A stretch of DNA of 64,000 nt from Podarcis cretensis (Eukaryota), in contig OX638150.1 in assembly GCA_951804945.1 (NCBI GenBank), forward strand, positions 38,750,001 through 38,814,000, read 5' to 3'. Within the stretch, counting starts at the first letter, position 1. Every line of letters begins with the position of its first letter. Of the stretch, positions 60,301 to 64,000 are shown piece by piece. The notes below the pieces were generated by a model. That model was not told the DNA's origin and made no database searches. It saw nothing but the letters and a program-made list of their open reading frames with translations. Position numbers and translations under genes: made by a program.

Positions 60301-63300
60301 GTGTATTTAAGCCATAGAACTTGGGGGAGCAAATTTTATTTACAACTGATTCGATGAATGTCCCTTAATCTTGTTTGAATATTGCAATAAATATATTGCT
60401 CACTTGAATTATACCAGGATTCCAAGTCAATACCAATAGATCTAATTTTGCTATGTAAGAGCTGGAACGATCTGGATGTATAAGAGTTCTTAAGCAAGTC
60501 AGAGAGCAGACTCAAAGGTTGGCAGCAAAAATGGCAACGCAGCCAGTATTTTATAGTGCTAGCCTTCATCCAGTATTCCATAATGTGTACACCTAGTTCT
60601 GCATACATCGTCTCATACTTGATTGAACTTAGGAGCCCCAGGATACATCTCAAGAAACTTGAGTGTATCTTATCTAAATCACTATTATATGCTTCTATCC
60701 ATATTGGGATCCCAAAAAGTAACTGGGATGACACTTTAGCTTGAAAAATCTGAATAGCAGCTGGTATAATTTGGTCACCTTTCTGAAAATAAAAGCGAGC
60801 TATTGCTGAGGAGTTACACTGTGCCTGTTTTATAGCACTTGTGCGATGGGTTGACCAACCTGAGTTGCTCTGCAATAAAATTTACTGCATCACCACTGTT
60901 GTCCTGAAGGGTACAATCCTGCTGAAGTTTGGAAGAGTTGACCACACTTAAAAGGGAGAGGCTTTCTCTCTTAAACACACACTTTAATTTCCTATTTAAA
61001 TTAACAGAGCTTAAAAGTGACTAATGGGCTGGAATGTGCCCCAAATTGATTGTGACAAGAAATCAAACCTGGGTAAGGTGGAAAGGTCACTCTAGGAAAC
61101 CTTTCCGTTACCAACTCACTTCAGCTGCATGGAATGGGGCCCCGGATAGTTGAAGTGCTGCTGGTGCCGGTGCTGCTGCTGCTGCTGGCTGAGGATCTGG
61201 AGCTGCAGGAAGAGCTGCTGCTGCTGCAGGAGCCTTGCATAGGCTGAGTCCATGGGCGGAGGGGACTTTTCCGCCTTCTGGTCTGGGGGAATGTACTGGT
61301 GGTACTTAAGCTTCTTCACTTTTGGCTTCATTTCCTTGGGCTTTTTGTGGCGATTCTTGCTATCGCTCGATGGTTTTGACTAAATGGGGCACAAATAAAA
61401 ATTTCAATAAGATTATCTGCAACATGGAGTAACTGAAGTTAGTTAGAAAGTTTAGTGAGCCCCCGTGCCCAGGGCCTGTCAGCCTGCAAGTCAGTGGAGA
61501 TAGTATCAAGACTGTGGGAGGTCATAATAGATGTCCCTTCTCACTAGGGTTGTCGAAGGAATCCACTGAAAACAGAATATCAAGCAAATTTCCTTTAATC
61601 TGCCCATTTTATCCCCACTGGCAGAGACACTCGCTGTGGAAACTATTTACCTTAATTATCTACAACGAACTTAAAAAAACCCACACCACATGAACATGTT
61701 ATGTGTAAATAGATATGTAAATTGCTTTGCTATATATATTATTTACATCACGTATACAGGTGCCTCTTTACTGTCCTTGTTTCTAAAGTGTTGTTCGCAC
61801 CCTAAGGCCACCTATATGCACTAATATGTTGCAATCCCAACAATGTCTACTCAGAAGTAAATCTCACTGACTTCCAAGTACGGTTACAATTTCAGACTTA
61901 ATCTGTATCCTCTTGTGTATTTTAAAGCCAGTAGAATGCATTGCTCGTTATTCTTTTCACATGGAAAACCACACTTCCTGGGGTTACCTTGACTTACAAC
62001 TAAACTGTACCTCCCTGATGCCAGAGTGAAAAAAGCAAGATACGATGATCATGTAGCGTAGCTGGTTAGAGCATGGTGCTGATAATACCAAGGTCACTGC
62101 ATATTCCTGCATTGTAGGGGGTTGGACTAGATGATCCTCAGGGTCCCTTCCAACTCTGATTCTATGACAAGTTTATATTGAACTGTGAAATCAAGGTAGT
62201 GAGAAGTAGAAGACTCTAGTTTTTTTGCTGCAAAATACTAACATGGTCCCCCCCGCCCCCGCCCCCAGAAAACACAAGGAATGTAACTCATTTGTAAGTT
62301 ATCTGTTGATGGCTGAGATATATGTGTCTAATGTGTGCTACATAAAAAAAAATGTTAGAAATTACAAGTATTTCCACATCAGCAGGCAATGAAACAGCAC
62401 ACAAACTTTTGCAAAATAAACCAATTGCATAGGAATGGAAAACATCAGAAGAAAGTGCAAATGAATATTGCAGTTGAGACGTGTTTGTACATCCCTTCTT
62501 CCCATCTGACCTTCTGTAGTTGAGTACAAGGAACAAAATATACAGGCACCACATCATTTGTAAAGGGCATGTTTATATATTTATTAGCCACACATTCCTT
62601 TTAAAACAGTCTGAAGCAGCAATCTGGTCCTTACCCAGATGACACTTCCAAGAATTTTTAAATGATATGTATCTAATAATATACTAATGCATGTTTTACA
62701 ATCGTCACAGTACTGGTGTATTTTGTACTTGGATACTCTGACCCAAATATAAAATCTCAACATGTAACGCAGCCTTAAGATAGGCCTGCTGCCCCCAACA
62801 TCATGGGGCAGTCCTCAGGTCACCTCCCCGGTGACCATTTTTAAACATTAGGTGTGTTTGGAATTACAACTTCCGTTATCCATAGCTAGCATGACCAGTG
62901 CTCAAGGGTGATTGGAGCTGTAGTCTGTAACATGGGCAGGACACCATGTTGCCCATCGTTGCTTTACGGCTTTTAAATATTTCTTTCATTTTTAACTTGG
63001 GCAGCACCCAGCTACTCCCCTTTCCCCCAGAATGCCTCTGGGTCCACCTCCATAGGAAAGGAGTAAAGAAGGAAAGCTATAGGGCAGTGCTTTGCCTTCC
63101 AACTTCTCTCTAAATATCATAAGAAAAGGGACGGAGGGCCCTCTTGTTGCCCTAGAGGGACAAGGGAGTATTTTGTCTGTTTTGAAGGGCAGAGTTTCCC
63201 TAGATGTTTTGGGAAGAGATACGTGCATAAGTGGTTTGTCTGTTACTTAGTGGTTTACATGGAATATTAAATATACATTAAAATTATCCATAAAAGTTAA

Positions 63301-63952
63301 GCAACTTTTTTAAAAAAAAAATATAAATGGAAATTAGTAGTTTAAAATATACCAGTGTTTGGTTTGGAGTATGCATGGATATTATTTCTGTTGTCTGGGG
63401 CAATATTTCTGAGTATTGACATTTTCTCTCTCTGAAATGGGTATTTTGTAGTGCCCATGACAGCTTCATAGAATTCCACAATTCCTGAGACAGATGAATG
63501 AGCCATCTAACACAAGGTCCTGTTGATGCTATTGTTGGAAACAACTTGGCTTCAACAGATCATCAAAGTCTCAGCTTGCTCCTTTTGCAGGTACTTTCAC
63601 CCCAGAATTCTAATGGACCCAGTTTTGTGACACAAGGAGGTACTGTCTGGGTAGTTCCTAGCGACTCCCATCTCCAAGCAAAGCCAACACTGTAACTCAC
63701 CTCCCCAAACACCTAAAACCAGTCCCCCCCCCCCCACTCTTACTGCAGATGAGTGCTAGTTGTTGTCTAGCCAATAAGACATGTTAGCAATTTTTCTTCC
63801 TACGTAATGGGAGGTTAGGCTCATACCTTTGCAGATGTGGTAACAGTGCCAGGAGGTGTTTGTTGCCCATTCTGTTGTTTAGGACTTTCTGGCTGGCCAT
63901 TCCTCAGAGATGTCATATCAGCCGTATCATTTTCAGAGCCAACGGAATGATC
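53094..63952 (-). CDS. MYOCD: Myocardin, partial CDS (last 7 coding exons; 5' exons lie beyond the window)
   Basis: complement(join(53094..53662,55240..55297,56162..56275,57396..58346,59589..59742,61120..61379,63827..63952)). GT-AG introns with consistent phases. Basic, Q-rich, SAP, coiled-coil and TAD regions are present, ending MDLHLQQW. Next to MAP2K4, as MYOCD is in mammals. Confidence 0.96.
54185..54430 (-). mobile_element. 3' end of an RTE-X-like LINE (same family as 59812-60875)
   Basis: Colinear similarity to 59812-60030 (cttcaccaaacc..tattaggcattacaagta...ctctaagagatact...tgtcagacagatag). Confidence 0.75.
54696..55053 (+). mobile_element. Full-length Sauria SINE
   Basis: Same head, core and (ACCTTT)n tail as 6260-6624; 12-bp TSD TATGACTAGGGG. 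Confidence 0.95.
55240..55297 (-). CDS. MYOCD: MYOCD 58-nt exon
   Basis: QMTRSQQMDELLDVLIETG; acceptor ctgcag|CAG, donor G|gtaggt. Confidence 0.95.
56162..56275 (-). CDS. MYOCD: MYOCD exon
   Basis: VPAQGSQKYSILSPGFCKSNAALPDGKQPPPYADAVKQ; AG/GT flanks. Confidence 0.92.
56582..56832. mobile_element. hAT (Charlie-like) MITE
   Basis: Inverted homologue of 12337-12610. Confidence 0.85.
57265..57381 (+). repeat. (AAC)14 microsatellite followed by a CR1-type 3' tail
   Basis: aac x14, then gggggttggactcgatggcc...ttccaactctatgattctatgattct. Confidence 0.85.
57396..58346 (-). CDS. MYOCD: MYOCD large exon (SAP domain, coiled coil/leucine zipper)
   Basis: [30 protein letters not shown]...KDKMLVEKQKVINELTWKLQQEQRQVEELRMQLQK...; 951 nt, phase 0-0. 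Confidence 0.97.
58666..58791. mobile_element. hAT-type MITE
   Basis: Homologue of 4377-4513; degenerate TSD tctgcacc/cctacacc. Confidence 0.8.
59589..59742 (-). CDS. MYOCD: MYOCD exon (start of SAP domain)
   Basis: QPNEQMAKTSNSS...KPGPLPSNLDDLK; tttacag| ... |gtgagt. Confidence 0.96.
59812..60875 (-). mobile_element. 5'-truncated, disrupted non-LTR retrotransposon (RTE-X-like) ORF2 C-terminus plus 3' tail
   Basis: ORF 60336-60875 (LLFGIPIW...LDKIHSSFLRCILG...YAELG...KYWLR) and ORF 59936-60151 (DTVEHILFYCP zinc-knuckle-like), followed by AATAAA and a (GTAA)n tail. Confidence 0.75.
61120..61379 (-). CDS. MYOCD: MYOCD exon (basic and Q-rich SRF-binding region)
   Basis: SKPSSDSKNRHKKPKEMKPKVKKLKYHQYIPPDQKAEKSPPPMDSAYARLLQQQQLFLQLQILSQQQQQHRHQQHF... 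Confidence 0.97.
62052..62167 (+). mobile_element. tRNA-derived SINE with CR1-type tail
   Basis: tagctggttagagcatggtgctgataa (tRNA-Ile-like head) plus gggggttggactagatgatcc...ccaactctgattctatga; a similar tail occurs near 17180-17245. Confidence 0.75.
63827..63952 (-). CDS. MYOCD: MYOCD 126-nt exon
   Basis: ttgattccag|DHSVGSENDTADMTSLRNGQPESPKQQNGQQTPPGTVTTSAK|gtatga; the GSEND motif and 42-codon length fit the mammalian exon as I recall it. Confidence 0.9.
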
Positions 63953-64000
63953 CTGGAATCAAAATAAATACATGGAAATTAATAAACATCAATATGCACA

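Noticed and set aside
1-64000. CRISPR arrays, operons, rRNA/snoRNA genes or a novel multi-gene system
   Set aside because: This is a eukaryotic two-gene locus. There are no regularly spaced repeats with spacers and no convincing C/D or H/ACA structures, and the remaining short ORFs look like random intronic frames.

Overview
Vertebrate genomic DNA, very probably from a squamate. Sauria SINEs and CR1/L2 tails point to a lacertid-type lizard. The window holds the complete MAP2K4 (MKK4/SEK1) gene on the + strand: CpG-island promoter, 11 constitutive coding exons from 504 to 44810 giving 386 aa, a 33-nt cassette microexon, and a 3'UTR that probably runs to about 48050. It also holds the last seven coding exons of myocardin (MYOCD) on the - strand (63952 down to 53094), with a long 3'UTR to about 48480. 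The two genes lie tail-to-tail only a few hundred bp apart. Introns and UTRs carry Sauria SINEs, CR1/L2/RTE-X-like LINE fragments, hAT, Tc2-like, Tigger-like and Harbinger-like MITEs, and microsatellites. I find no evidence of a wholly new biological system. The best leads are: a candidate in-frame 42-nt cassette exon in MAP2K4 intron 2 that I do not recognise; a recursive-splice-type AG|GTAAG junction at the D-domain exon; a SINE with a perfect 87-bp target-site duplication; a cluster of miR-1/206 sites in the MYOCD 3'UTR; and the convergent MAP2K4/MYOCD arrangement. All comparisons to human proteins and repeat families are from memory, not from a database search.
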